Assembly (NCBI GenBank): GCA_031548665.1
Contig: JAVBQW010000029.1
Coordinates: 11,684-75,683 of the forward strand
Length of the DNA: 64,000 nt
From: Thermoguttaceae bacterium
GTDB taxonomy: Bacteria > Planctomycetota > Planctomycetia > Pirellulales > Thermoguttaceae
Reading direction: 5' to 3'
The translations under genes and the position numbers were made by a program. Numbering within the stretch: position 1 is the first letter of the stretch; the number at the start of each line of letters is the position of its first letter. Below the pieces are notes generated by a model that did not search any database, was not told the DNA's origin, and worked only from the letters and a program-made list of their open reading frames with translations. Below, piece by piece: positions 42,929 through 52,586 of this stretch.

Positions 42929-45900
42929 ATGAAACGATTACTTCTCTTCATCGTCCTTTTCTTCGCCGCGACGACGGCGTTCGGACAGGTTTCGAAACTG
43001 AACACGATCAAGAATCCGTCGCTGGACGAGTTGCGGAAAAACTTTGCGAAGCCGCATCGGGATTACAGCACCGGCCCGCTCTGGACCTGGAACGACATGC
43101 TGACGGAAGAACAGGTCCGTTCGACGCTCCGGGACTTGGCGGGACAGCACGTCAAACAGGTCTGGGTGCATCCGCGGCCGGGCCTGATGACGCCGTATCT
43201 TTCCGACGACTGGTTCCGGCTCTGGAAGGTTGCGCTGGACGAAGCGGAAAAGCTCGACATGAACGTCTGGATTTACGACGAGAACTCGTATCCGAGCGGT
43301 TTCGCCGGCGGTTTCGTGCCGGAAGCACTCCCCGACTCAAGGGGCATGGGCCTGAAATTCGAGGAAATCGACGCCGCTGAAAAAATCGACGAAAACATCT
43401 GGTACGTTTTCCAGCCGTCAGGTTTTAGCCCGCGCAGCGGCGAACCCGACCAACAAACGTACAAAAACATCACCGAAACCGCCAAGAAAAACGGCAAGTT
43501 GGAAAAACTCGAAAACGAACAAAAATACCTCGTCGGCAAGATCCACACCACGCCGCAGGGCGGTTGGTTCGGCGGCAAATGGTACGTCGACCTCTTGAAA
43601 AAAGGCGTTACGGAAAAGTTCATCGAAATCACGCATGAATCGTACAAAAAGAACGTCGGTGACCAGTTCGGCAAGCGGGTTCCGGGCCTGTTCACGGACG
43701 AGCCGCATCCGGCGGGGTCCTACGTCGGAACGTGGGTCCACTGGAACGACGACATTCCCGTACAGTTCGAGAAAAAATTCGGATATTCGCTCATCGACAA
43801 TCTCCCGTCGTTACAGAAAAAAGTCGGCGACTGGAAAAAGGTGCGGCACAATTTCCATCAATTGATCCTCGAACTGTTCGTCGACCGATGGTCGAAGCCG
43901 AACTTCGAATGGTGCGAAAAGAACAACCTTGAATGGACCGGACATTATTGGGAACACGGTTGGCCCAGCACGGGACACGGCCCCGACAACATGGCGATGT
44001 ACACCTGGCATCAACGGCCCGCGATCGACTTGTTGATGAACACGTACAACGACAAGTCGCCCAACGCCCAGTTCGGCAACGTCCGGGCGGGGAAAGAACT
44101 TTCCTCCATTGCGAACCAGATGGGCCGCAGCCGAACGCTGTCCGAAAATTACGGCGCCGGCGGTTGGGACATTCGGTTCGAAGACCTGAAACGGCTCGGC
44201 GATTGGTCCTATGCGATGGGCGTGAACACCTGCAACGAGCATTTATCGTACGTCACGATCCGGGGCGCCCGCAAGCGCGACCATCCCCAATCGTTTTCGT
44301 ACCATGTCCCGTGGTTCGAAGGATATCACGTTCTGGCCGATTATTTTACGAGATTGTCGTACGTTTTGTCGCAGGGTCGGCAAATTAACCGCATCGTGGT
44401 TCTCGAACCGACGACGACGGCGTGGATGTATCAGGGGGAAGGAAAACTGAACGAAATCGGGCAGAGTTTCACCGATTTCGTGAACGCTCTGGAACACGCG
44501 CAAGTCGAATACGATCTGGCGTCGGAAGACACGATTTCCCGTTTCGGCGGTGTCGACGACAAGACGTTTTCGATCAATCTCGGCAAGTACGATCTGGTGA
44601 TCCTGCCGCCGAACATGGAGAACGTCAACAAACGCACGGCGGAATTATTGGCGCAATATGTCAAAAACGGCGGCAAGCTGCTCTGCGCCGGCGACTGGCC
44701 GACCCTCTGCGATGGTTCGGAGCCCGGCGGCGTCGAAGCCCAATGGTTGAAACTGCTCGTCGATCTGCCGAACGCGGAACGGACTTCGACCGCTGATGCC
44801 GTAACCGCCGCAAAAAAACGAACGACCGAAGATGGAATTTCGTTCAACGTCCCCGAAGGAACGACCGGTGTGTTTCATCATCGGCGACGTTTGCCGGACT
44901 GCGAAATCTTCTTTGTCTGCAACGTGGACCAGGAAAATCGTGCGAATATTTCGATCAATTGGCCGGCGGGGAAGCATCTTTCTCTTTGGAGCTTGCAGAA
45001 CGGCGAAATCGTCAACACGAGACCGGGCCCGGCCGACATCGCCATGTATATGTTGCCGAGTTCCAGTCAGCTGCTTGTTTTTACCGATACGAAAATAATG
45101 GGTGCCGGTCGCGGCGAGGCCATACCGAAACAAAAGAAAGTGTTCGGCTCCGAAACGACGATCAAGCGACTGGACGACAACGTGTTGACGCTGGACTTCG
45201 TGGACGTCAAAATCGGCGACGAAGAACGCAAGGGGATTTATACTTACGCCGCGAACCGTTGGATTTTCGAGAAGCACGGCACCGGCGTCGTGAGTCGCGG
45301 CGGCCAGAGTTTCTTCGGCAATCCATGGGACAGTTGCGTCCAATTCAAGGACGAACTGATCACGAAAACCTACCCGGAAGGCAGCGGCTTCGAAGCGGTT
45401 TATCGCTTCAATATCGACAAAGAATACTTCTCGCAAAAAGAGCCGGGGACGGAGCGTACTCGCGCAGTCCCCGGACCCTTCGCGATCGTGATCGAGCGCG
45501 CCGATCTGTACAAAATTTATTGCAACAACGAACCGGTTGCTGTGCAACCGGAGTCTTGGTGGTTAGACAAATCGTTCGGTAAAATCGACATTTCAAAACA
45601 CGTCAAGCCCGGCGAGAACGAAGTCAAAATCGTCGCCGATCCGATGACGATCTACCACGAACTGGAACCGGCGTACCTGCTCGGCGACTTTTCGTTACGC
45701 CCTACCCTGAAGGGTTTCGTCGTCTGTCCGCCGCAGCCGCTCACCATGCAACCGGCGGAAAAAATCACCCCGGAAACCTGTCACGACGAGGAAATCGAGC
45801 GGGTTGCCTGGCTGTCCAGCGGCGTCGGATTCCGTCCGACGCGGCCCGAACACAAGGACGACCGGGCTCCGTGGATCGAGTTCGATCTCGGCAAGGAACA

Positions 45901-46741
45901 GGAAATCGTTGCGCTGCGGATTTGGAACTACAACGAACGGAATATCAAACAGCGCGGAGTCGCCGAAATGGACGTTACGGAAATCGGTTCCGTGTCGCTG
46001 CCGATCGGCAACGGTCTCGCCGTCGATATTCCGTTCGAAAAACCGACCAAAATGAAGACGGTCCGGTTCACGATCCGCTCAAGCCACGCCGGAGCGAAGT
46101 TTCCAATCGCCGAAGGGGATGAAGTTCGAGGAACCGGTTTCGTCGGTCTCGCCGAGGTACAATTCCTCGTCCGGGATTCCAACGATCCGAAAAAACTGGT
46201 CCCGCTCAAAAACGTAACGGCAACGGCGTCGAGCGAACTCGTGATCGATTCTCACGACAGAAAAGCAAAGTACGTCGTCGACGGCAGTGGTCTCGGCGCC
46301 GAACCGCCGTCCCGAAACGGCTGGAATTTCCAGGGGATGCCGTTCTACGCCGGAAAGGTCGAGTATTCCCGGAGCTTCGACGTCGAAAAAATGGACGGCA
46401 AGTATTCGGTAAAACTGCCGGACAGTCCGAACGGTTGGTACGGCGCGACGGCTCGGATTTTCGTCAACGGCTGTAATGCCGACAGTGACGCCGGATTCGT
46501 CGTCTCTTCGCCGTGGACGGTCGACGTCACGAAATTCGTGAAACCGGGCAAAAACGACGTTTTCGTGCAAATTTACGGAACGCCGAAGAATCTGCTCGGT
46601 CCGCACCACGCCGGTCGGCTTCGCGGCAGCGCCTGGCCGAACGCCTTCCAACGGGGACCGGACAAACAGCCCGCCGGAACCGCTTACGATACCATCGGTT
46701 ACGGACTGTTCGAACCGTTCGAGTTGATCCAGACGAAATAA
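42929..46741 (+). CDS. Large secreted glycoside-hydrolase-like protein (GH106/GH2-sugar-binding-like N-terminal region) with a discoidin (F5/8 type C) domain
   Basis: Start at MKRLLLFIVLFFAATTAFGQ. PHRDYSTGPLWTWNDMLTEEQV…VWVHPRPGLMTPYLSDDWF is a pattern seen in rhamnosidase-like GHs (from memory). PWIEFDLGKEQEIVALRIWNYN is the discoidin part. Family uncertain. Confidence 0.75.
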   Translation: MKRLLLFIVLFFAATTAFGQVSKLNTIKNPSLDELRKNFAKPHRDYSTGPLWTWNDMLTEEQVRSTLRDLAGQHVKQVWVHPRPGLMTPYLSDDWFRLWKVALDEAEKLDMNVWIYDENSYPSGFAGGFVPEALPDSRGMGLKFEEIDAAEKIDENIWYVFQPSGFSPRSGEPDQQTYKNITETAKKNGKLEKLENEQKYLVGKIHTTPQGGWFGGKWYVDLLKKGVTEKFIEITHESYKKNVGDQFGKRVPGLFTDEPHPAGSYVGTWVHWNDDIPVQFEKKFGYSLIDNLPSLQKKVGDWKKVRHNFHQLILELFVDRWSKPNFEWCEKNNLEWTGHYWEHGWPSTGHGPDNMAMYTWHQRPAIDLLMNTYNDKSPNAQFGNVRAGKELSSIANQMGRSRTLSENYGAGGWDIRFEDLKRLGDWSYAMGVNTCNEHLSYVTIRGARKRDHPQSFSYHVPWFEGYHVLADYFTRLSYVLSQGRQINRIVVLEPTTTAWMYQGEGKLNEIGQSFTDFVNALEHAQVEYDLASEDTISRFGGVDDKTFSINLGKYDLVILPPNMENVNKRTAELLAQYVKNGGKLLCAGDWPTLCDGSEPGGVEAQWLKLLVDLPNAERTSTADAVTAAKKRTTEDGISFNVPEGTTGVFHHRRRLPDCEIFFVCNVDQENRANISINWPAGKHLSLWSLQNGEIVNTRPGPADIAMYMLPSSSQLLVFTDTKIMGAGRGEAIPKQKKVFGSETTIKRLDDNVLTLDFVDVKIGDEERKGIYTYAANRWIFEKHGTGVVSRGGQSFFGNPWDSCVQFKDELITKTYPEGSGFEAVYRFNIDKEYFSQKEPGTERTRAVPGPFAIVIERADLYKIYCNNEPVAVQPESWWLDKSFGKIDISKHVKPGENEVKIVADPMTIYHELEPAYLLGDFSLRPTLKGFVVCPPQPLTMQPAEKITPETCHDEEIERVAWLSSGVGFRPTRPEHKDDRAPWIEFDLGKEQEIVALRIWNYNERNIKQRGVAEMDVTEIGSVSLPIGNGLAVDIPFEKPTKMKTVRFTIRSSHAGAKFPIAEGDEVRGTGFVGLAEVQFLVRDSNDPKKLVPLKNVTATASSELVIDSHDRKAKYVVDGSGLGAEPPSRNGWNFQGMPFYAGKVEYSRSFDVEKMDGKYSVKLPDSPNGWYGATARIFVNGCNADSDAGFVVSSPWTVDVTKFVKPGKNDVFVQIYGTPKNLLGPHHAGRLRGSAWPNAFQRGPDKQPAGTAYDTIGYGLFEPFELIQTK
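45437..45474. repeat. PAL-C palindrome inside the large GH ORF
   Basis: AAAGAGCCGGGGACGGAGCGTACTCGCGCAGTCCCCGG, read as KEPGTERTRAVPG. Confidence 0.85.
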
Positions 46742-46750
46742 GGACATTCA

Positions 46751-49700
46751 ATGAGACTTTTTTTCCTGCCGATATTGCTTGTTCTTGTTGTGTTCTGTAA
46801 TTTCACAACGGCTCAAGAGAAAAAAACCTTCGACGGCGACTTCGCCCCTTCCGACGGCTGGTTGAAACCGGCGGAGCGGGAATTTCGGCACGAAATCTGT
46901 CTCAACGGTTCGTGGGAGTTCCAGCCGGTTCCGGTTCCCGCCGATTGGAAGCCGAACCAGGGCGTTCCGCCGGAACTCGTCAAACCGCACGAAAACGGTT
47001 GGGAGAAAACGCGGATAAAAATTCCGTCGCCGTGGAACGTCAATACCTGGGGCAACGGCCGCAACGTCGGCGAGGGAACGAAGCATCCGTATTGGCCGGA
47101 CTCGGTGTACTATCCGAGCTATCCCGAACACTGGGACGGCGTCCGCATGGCGTGGATGAAAAGAGAATTCGCCCTTCAGAGCCGCGACCGTGAGGAAGCG
47201 GTTCGGTATATTCTCCATTTCGAAGCCGTCGGCGGCAACTGCGAAGTGTACGTCAACGGCAAAAAGGTCGGCGAGCATTTCGGACGTTTTTTACCGTTCG
47301 AGTTCGACATCACCGACGCGGTGCAATTCGACAAACCGAACGAAATCCTCGTCGGCGTCCGGAGTCTGCGTCTGTACGATAAAGTGAGCGAAAAGTTCAC
47401 GAAGATGCGGACGCCGTACCCGCCGGGCTCGAACATGGACAACATCTGCGGAATTTGGCAGGACGTTTATCTGCTTACGGTCCCCGCCGTGCGGATCGAC
47501 GACGTCTTTGTAAAACCGTTCGTCTCGAAGGACACGCTGGAAGTCGACGTCACGCTGAAAAACGATTCGGATAAACCCGTCAACGTTTCGATCGACGCTT
47601 GCGTTTTAGCCGCCAACGGCGCGCAAACGCCAATGAAATTGCAACGAACAACTGAAACGGAAATCCTCGCCGGAAAAACCGCAACGATAACGCTCACCGA
47701 AAAGGTCGGCGACAAACTGAAGCACTGGTCGATGGACGACCCGAATCTGTACAATATCGTCCTCGACGTGTCGGCGGACGGTAAAAAGATCGACACGAAG
47801 CAGACACGATTCGGTTGGCGGGAATTCAAAATCGTCGGTAAGGAGTTGCAACTCAACGGCAAGCCGGTGAAGTTGTTCGCCGATTTGTTGCATCCGTTCG
47901 GGCCGTTCATCTGTTCGCGGGACTACGTGAAGGCGTGGTACACGATGGTCAAAGACATGCACGGCAACGCGGTGAGACCGCACGCGCAGCCGCATCCGCG
48001 GATTTACCTCGAATTAGCGGACGAAATGGGAATCGCCGTACTCGACGAAACCGCTCTGTTCGGCAGTTCGATCCAATTGAACTTCGAGGAGCCGATTGCG
48101 TGGGACCGATTTTCGGAGCATTATCGCAAACTGATTTTGCGCGACAGGAACCATCCGTCGGTGTTCGGTTGGAGTTGGGGAAACGAACTGTTCGCGATTT
48201 TCATTTACGACAAGAACATCACGCCTGAATTGACCGACATCTGGTGGGACAAGCTAGCGGCGTACGGAAAAGAGGGCGAAAAGTTGGACCCCTCCCGGAA
48301 CTGGTTTTCCTGCGACGGGGACGGCGATGTTCGGGGAACGAGTCCGGTCTGGAACAAGCACATCGGACACGGCCTGCCGCCGAAAGATTTTTTACCTGAG
48401 AATCTCGACAAACCGTTGATGATCGGCGAACAGGGGGGCTCGTATTACGCCAGACCGGGACAGCTTGCGGTGTTCAACGGCGATCGGGCTTACGAAGACT
48501 ACCGGGGCCGTAGCGAGGCGCTCGGGATCGACGTGTATCAAAATATCGTACAGGTCGCGATTCCGAAGTTGGCGTTCTTCTCCCCGGCGGAAACGGCGTG
48601 GTTCGGTTTGGAGCATTTACCGCTGGGATATTCCGATTTCAGCCGCCTGCCGAATAAACGGGACGGAATATTCTTCACGAAACCTTGCGAAGAAAACAAG
48701 CCCGGCGTGCAGATCGAACGGTTGCCGCCGTACGTCTGTACGTTTAATCCCGGTTGGGACAAGACGCTGCCGCTCTACAAACCGCTCCCGCTCTTCGAAG
48801 CCCAGAAAGCGGCGCAGGATCCGCGAGGTCCGCAACCGTGTCCGATAGGACAGAAACTCAATTTTCGGGCCGTCAGCATCCGAAGCATGGAGACCGATCA
48901 GGTTTTGTTTCACGGCGACCCTCAAGGGGAATTGTTCCGACAGCTCACGGCAATCGGTGTACCGCTCGTTTTACCGAAGGACTGGTCGAAAGAAAGACGG
49001 AATTCCTTCGTCATCGTCGACGGCAATACATTTTCCGACACGAATACGCTTAACGCCGATGAGAACTGGCGAACCGTCGTCGTGTTCCGGCGGAAAACGG
49101 AGATTCCAAAATCGTTCGAGAAATGGTTGGGCAAGACGACGCTCGTCGATCGAACGGCAACACAACTCAAAGGGGTCGAATTATTTTACTATGCCCAAGG
49201 TTGCGGCGTCGACGACTATTATTTTGCCGAAGAGCCGGGGGACCGTAACGTGATCAAATGCGGCTTCGAACTTGATCCGGCGAAGGAATACAACGTTTAT
49301 TACGAAGCGGCGGCGGTCGATTGGTCGTTGTTCAACGAGAGTCCAGAAGCGGCGAAATGCGGGGCCGTCTGCCTTTACGAATCGCTTGAAAAACCGTCCG
49401 GCATCGCGGCTGTCGCCTGCAAGACGAACCGAAGCGAAATTCTCTTTACAACGATCGACGTGATTCCGACGTCGCCGAAAAACGTTGCGCTATGGAAAAT
49501 GTTGCTTTACGGCGTGAAATTCGTCGAGCCGAAATCGGATTGGCTCGTGAAACCGTTCGAAAAAGACGAACCGGGAGTCGAGTGGAATTATACGTTCGAT
49601 AAACCGGCGGACGATTGGATGAAACCGGACTTCGACGCCGCTGTGTGGAAAACCGGCAAGGCGGGCTTCGGAACCCGTGTTCCCGGAATCGAAAAAAGCA

Positions 49701-50041
49701 CCACGCCGTGGACCGGAACCGATATTTGGCTCCGCAAAAAATTCGAGAGCAACGACGAAATCGAATTTTCAAAACTCTTTTTGAACGTCTACCACGACGA
49801 AGACGTCGAAGTTTACCTGAACGGCGATCTCGTCCTGAAACGGGGCGGACATCTCGTCAAGTACGAAAACTTCGAACTGCAGGGAGAACAGAAAAAGTTA
49901 CGAAAAGGCGAAAACGTCCTCGCCGTCCATTGCAAACAGACGGCGGGGGGCCAATACATCGACGTCGGCCTCGGAGTCAAAGCGTCCGGCGCAACGAAAA
50001 AGAAGGAACACGATCTGCTCATGGACGGACCCGTTCAATAA
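46751..50041 (+). CDS. GH2-family glycoside hydrolase (beta-galactosidase/glucuronidase-like) with an extra C-terminal sugar-binding-like jelly roll
   Basis: LHFEAVGGNCEVYVNGKKVGEH, GIWQDVYL, HGNAVRPHAQPHP, RDRNHPSVFGWSWGNE. C-terminal W…PDFDAAVWKTGKAGFG…IWLRKKF…VYLNGDLV. Confidence 0.85.
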   Translation: MRLFFLPILLVLVVFCNFTTAQEKKTFDGDFAPSDGWLKPAEREFRHEICLNGSWEFQPVPVPADWKPNQGVPPELVKPHENGWEKTRIKIPSPWNVNTWGNGRNVGEGTKHPYWPDSVYYPSYPEHWDGVRMAWMKREFALQSRDREEAVRYILHFEAVGGNCEVYVNGKKVGEHFGRFLPFEFDITDAVQFDKPNEILVGVRSLRLYDKVSEKFTKMRTPYPPGSNMDNICGIWQDVYLLTVPAVRIDDVFVKPFVSKDTLEVDVTLKNDSDKPVNVSIDACVLAANGAQTPMKLQRTTETEILAGKTATITLTEKVGDKLKHWSMDDPNLYNIVLDVSADGKKIDTKQTRFGWREFKIVGKELQLNGKPVKLFADLLHPFGPFICSRDYVKAWYTMVKDMHGNAVRPHAQPHPRIYLELADEMGIAVLDETALFGSSIQLNFEEPIAWDRFSEHYRKLILRDRNHPSVFGWSWGNELFAIFIYDKNITPELTDIWWDKLAAYGKEGEKLDPSRNWFSCDGDGDVRGTSPVWNKHIGHGLPPKDFLPENLDKPLMIGEQGGSYYARPGQLAVFNGDRAYEDYRGRSEALGIDVYQNIVQVAIPKLAFFSPAETAWFGLEHLPLGYSDFSRLPNKRDGIFFTKPCEENKPGVQIERLPPYVCTFNPGWDKTLPLYKPLPLFEAQKAAQDPRGPQPCPIGQKLNFRAVSIRSMETDQVLFHGDPQGELFRQLTAIGVPLVLPKDWSKERRNSFVIVDGNTFSDTNTLNADENWRTVVVFRRKTEIPKSFEKWLGKTTLVDRTATQLKGVELFYYAQGCGVDDYYFAEEPGDRNVIKCGFELDPAKEYNVYYEAAAVDWSLFNESPEAAKCGAVCLYESLEKPSGIAAVACKTNRSEILFTTIDVIPTSPKNVALWKMLLYGVKFVEPKSDWLVKPFEKDEPGVEWNYTFDKPADDWMKPDFDAAVWKTGKAGFGTRVPGIEKSTTPWTGTDIWLRKKFESNDEIEFSKLFLNVYHDEDVEVYLNGDLVLKRGGHLVKYENFELQGEQKKLRKGENVLAVHCKQTAGGQYIDVGLGVKASGATKKKEHDLLMDGPVQ

Positions 50042-50053
50042 ACGAGGATTTTT

Positions 50054-50128
50054 TCACACGGAGGCACAGAGGCACGGAGAGGAAGATGAATTGAAAATAT
50101 TCCTCCGTGCCCCCGTGCCTCCGTGTGA
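50054..50128. repeat. Long imperfect inverted repeat TCACACGGAGGCAC-NNN-GGCACGGAG … CTCCGTGCC-NNN-GTGCCTCCGTGTGA
   Basis: Two ~26-nt arms with a 3-nt internal mismatch and an AT-rich ~22-nt loop. Lies between the GH2 and GH43-like genes. Confidence 0.8.
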
Positions 50129-50162
50129 AACAAAATGAATTACATTTCAGTATCGATCCATC

Positions 50163-51245
50163 ATGAAAACAACACCATTCATTTTATTTCCGTTCGTCGT
50201 TTTGCTGAACATTTCACTTCGGGCGCAAGATACACCGAAAGTTCTGTATCCGACGGACAACAACGTCCAATGGATCACGAATCCGACAACGGAAAAAATT
50301 GCGCAACCGAAAATGAAATGGGCCGACACCGCGAAGAAATTCGACAAGGACGGCAAGCCGATTCCGTACTCGAAAGATCCCACGGTCGTTAAATTCGGCG
50401 GACGGTATCTGATGTACTTTTCGCTGCCGCCCAGCGATAAAGTCAAGACGCCGTGCGGTTGGATCATCGGAATCGCCGAGAGTTCCGATCTCGTCAACTG
50501 GAAAACCGTTCGGGAAATTGCGCCGATGCAGGATTGCGACCAAAAAGGACTTTGCGCTCCCTGCGCCCGGGTTTGGGACGGCAAGGTGCATCTCTTTTAC
50601 CAAACGTACGGAAACGGAAAGAACGACGCGATCTGTTACGCTTCGTCGGAAAACGGGCTCGATTTCACGCCGCATCCGGAAAACCCGGTGTTCCGACCGC
50701 ACGGCGATTGGACCTGCGGCCGCGCGATCGACGCCGACGTGTTCCGCTTCAAGGACAAACTCTTTCTGTACGTTGCGACCCGCGATCCCGACATGAAAAT
50801 CCAAAAGCTCGCCGTCGCAACCGCCGATCCGAACTCCGATTACGGCCCGAAATGTTGGACGCAAGCCGCCGACCGCTCCATTCTCGAACCGGAATTGCCG
50901 TGGGAGACGAAATGCATCGAAGCGGCGACCGTCTGTGAGCGCAACGGAAAACTCGTCATGTTCTACGCCGGAGGATACAACAACGATCCGCAGCAAATCG
51001 GCGTTGCGCAAAGTTTCGACGGCGTCAACTGGACCCGGCTCTGGTCGGTTCCCTTCCTTCCGAACGGTCCCGCCGGACAATGGAATTCCTCGGAGTCCGG
51101 ACATCCCGGCGTGTTCGTCGACGACGACGGGAAAACGTACCTTTTTTACCAGGGAAATCCCGACAAGGGAAAAACCTGGTTCCTCTCCGTCGTCGAAATC
51201 GGCTGGAACGGCGACGAGCCGTTCGTTGTTACGGAAAATCAATGA
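50163..51245 (+). CDS. Secreted five-bladed beta-propeller glycosidase (GH43-superfamily-like)
   Basis: DPTVVKFGGRYLMYFS, WIIGIAESSDLVNW, ARVWDGKVHLFYQ, LFLYVATRD and KLVMFYAGG form repeated blade-like motifs. The exact family is not resolved. Confidence 0.6.
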   Translation: MKTTPFILFPFVVLLNISLRAQDTPKVLYPTDNNVQWITNPTTEKIAQPKMKWADTAKKFDKDGKPIPYSKDPTVVKFGGRYLMYFSLPPSDKVKTPCGWIIGIAESSDLVNWKTVREIAPMQDCDQKGLCAPCARVWDGKVHLFYQTYGNGKNDAICYASSENGLDFTPHPENPVFRPHGDWTCGRAIDADVFRFKDKLFLYVATRDPDMKIQKLAVATADPNSDYGPKCWTQAADRSILEPELPWETKCIEAATVCERNGKLVMFYAGGYNNDPQQIGVAQSFDGVNWTRLWSVPFLPNGPAGQWNSSESGHPGVFVDDDGKTYLFYQGNPDKGKTWFLSVVEIGWNGDEPFVVTENQ

Positions 51246-52462
51246 AGCACCGGAAAAAGAACAGGCAGGTTCTCCTCCTCATCGAATCGTCCCGGGCGTA
51301 CGGCCGGGGAATCATCGAGGGCGTTTCCCGTTACGTTCAGGAGCGCGATCACTGGACGGTTTTTTACGAGGAACAGGGGATCCTCTCGACGTTGCCGCCG
51401 TGGCTGAGGGAATGGAAGGGCGACGGCATTATTTGTCGCACGGGAATCTCGACGCTCGGACTCCATCTCCGGAAGCTGGGTCTGCCGCTGGTTGAACTTC
51501 TCGGCGACGGCCGGCGTTTCGTCAGCGAGGTCCAGTCGGACGCCGTCGTCGCCGGCCGGATGGCGGCGGACCATTTCATCGAGCGGGGATTGAGACATTT
51601 CGCTTATTACAATTACGGAAATTCCTGGTGGGGCGAAGCACGGGGAAACGCTTTCGCCGGGGCATTGAGCCAAAAGGGACTCGACTGCCATACGCTGCTC
51701 TCCCGGCACGGCGAAAAGGCGGAGGCGTTCCCCGAATGGAAGCCGCTTTACGAACCGAAATTGCTGCGTTGGCTCTCGACGCTTCCCAAACCGGTCGGTA
51801 TTTGGTGCGCCGCCGATACGATTGCACAACGAGTTCACGCGGCCGTTCTCAAGCTCGGATTCTCGATTCCCGACGACGTTGCGCTGCTCGGCATCGACAA
51901 CGACGAACATCTCTGCAACGTCCTGACGCCGACGCTTTCGAGCATCGAGCCGAACTCCATCGTCGTCGGTTACCAGGCGGCGAAACGGTTGGACGCCAAG
52001 ATGGATCGGAAAACGTCCAGAAATCGAGAAAAGCCGCCGGACGAAACGCCGATCAGGATTGCGCCGCAGGGTGTCGTCCAGCGGCAGTCGAGCGACGTGA
52101 TCGCGGCCGCCGACCCGCTGCTCGTCGCCATCGCCCGGTACATTCGGAGCAACGCCCTGAAAGGATTGCTCGTTGCCGACGTCGCGCGGGAATTCGATAT
52201 TTCGAAACGGACTCTCGAACGGCGTTACAGAAACCATTTCGGACGAACCGTCGACCGGGAAATTACGCTGCTCCGCATGGAACACGCGAAATTCCTGTTG
52301 CGGGAAACTCTCCTGCCGGTCGCGGAGATCGGCGAACAGACCGGATTCGATCGCAACTATTTCATCAAGGCGTTCCACCGGATCGTCGGCGTCTCGCCCA
52401 GCGTTTATCGGAACGAACACCGTGTCGGTACGCCGTGGAAAGATCGACGCGAGGATCATTAG
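51242..52462 (+). CDS. XylR-like regulator (periplasmic-binding-protein-like sensor domain plus AraC-type HTH)
   Basis: Start at MKHRKKNRQVLLLIESSRAYGRGIIEGVSRY, overlapping the upstream stop as ATGA. C-terminal ISKRTLERRYRNHFGRT…IGEQTGFDRNYFIKAFHRIVGVSPSVYR. Confidence 0.85.
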   Translation: MKHRKKNRQVLLLIESSRAYGRGIIEGVSRYVQERDHWTVFYEEQGILSTLPPWLREWKGDGIICRTGISTLGLHLRKLGLPLVELLGDGRRFVSEVQSDAVVAGRMAADHFIERGLRHFAYYNYGNSWWGEARGNAFAGALSQKGLDCHTLLSRHGEKAEAFPEWKPLYEPKLLRWLSTLPKPVGIWCAADTIAQRVHAAVLKLGFSIPDDVALLGIDNDEHLCNVLTPTLSSIEPNSIVVGYQAAKRLDAKMDRKTSRNREKPPDETPIRIAPQGVVQRQSSDVIAAADPLLVAIARYIRSNALKGLLVADVAREFDISKRTLERRYRNHFGRTVDREITLLRMEHAKFLLRETLLPVAEIGEQTGFDRNYFIKAFHRIVGVSPSVYRNEHRVGTPWKDRREDH

Positions 52463-52514
52463 ATTTTCGCTCGACAACAACATCGCCGAGGTTTTCTACT
52501 GTCCGGAACACCAA

Positions 52515-52572
52515 CCATCCGGGGGCTACGGCGGGGTATTGTTTCTCTGGCCGCCTACACCCCCGGCTCTTG
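52515..52572. repeat. PAL-D' hairpin between convergent genes
   Basis: CCATCCGGGGGCTACGGCGG-loop-CCGCCTACACCCCCGGCTCTTG. Confidence 0.8.
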
Positions 52573-52586
52573 AGTTGAACCTTTTT

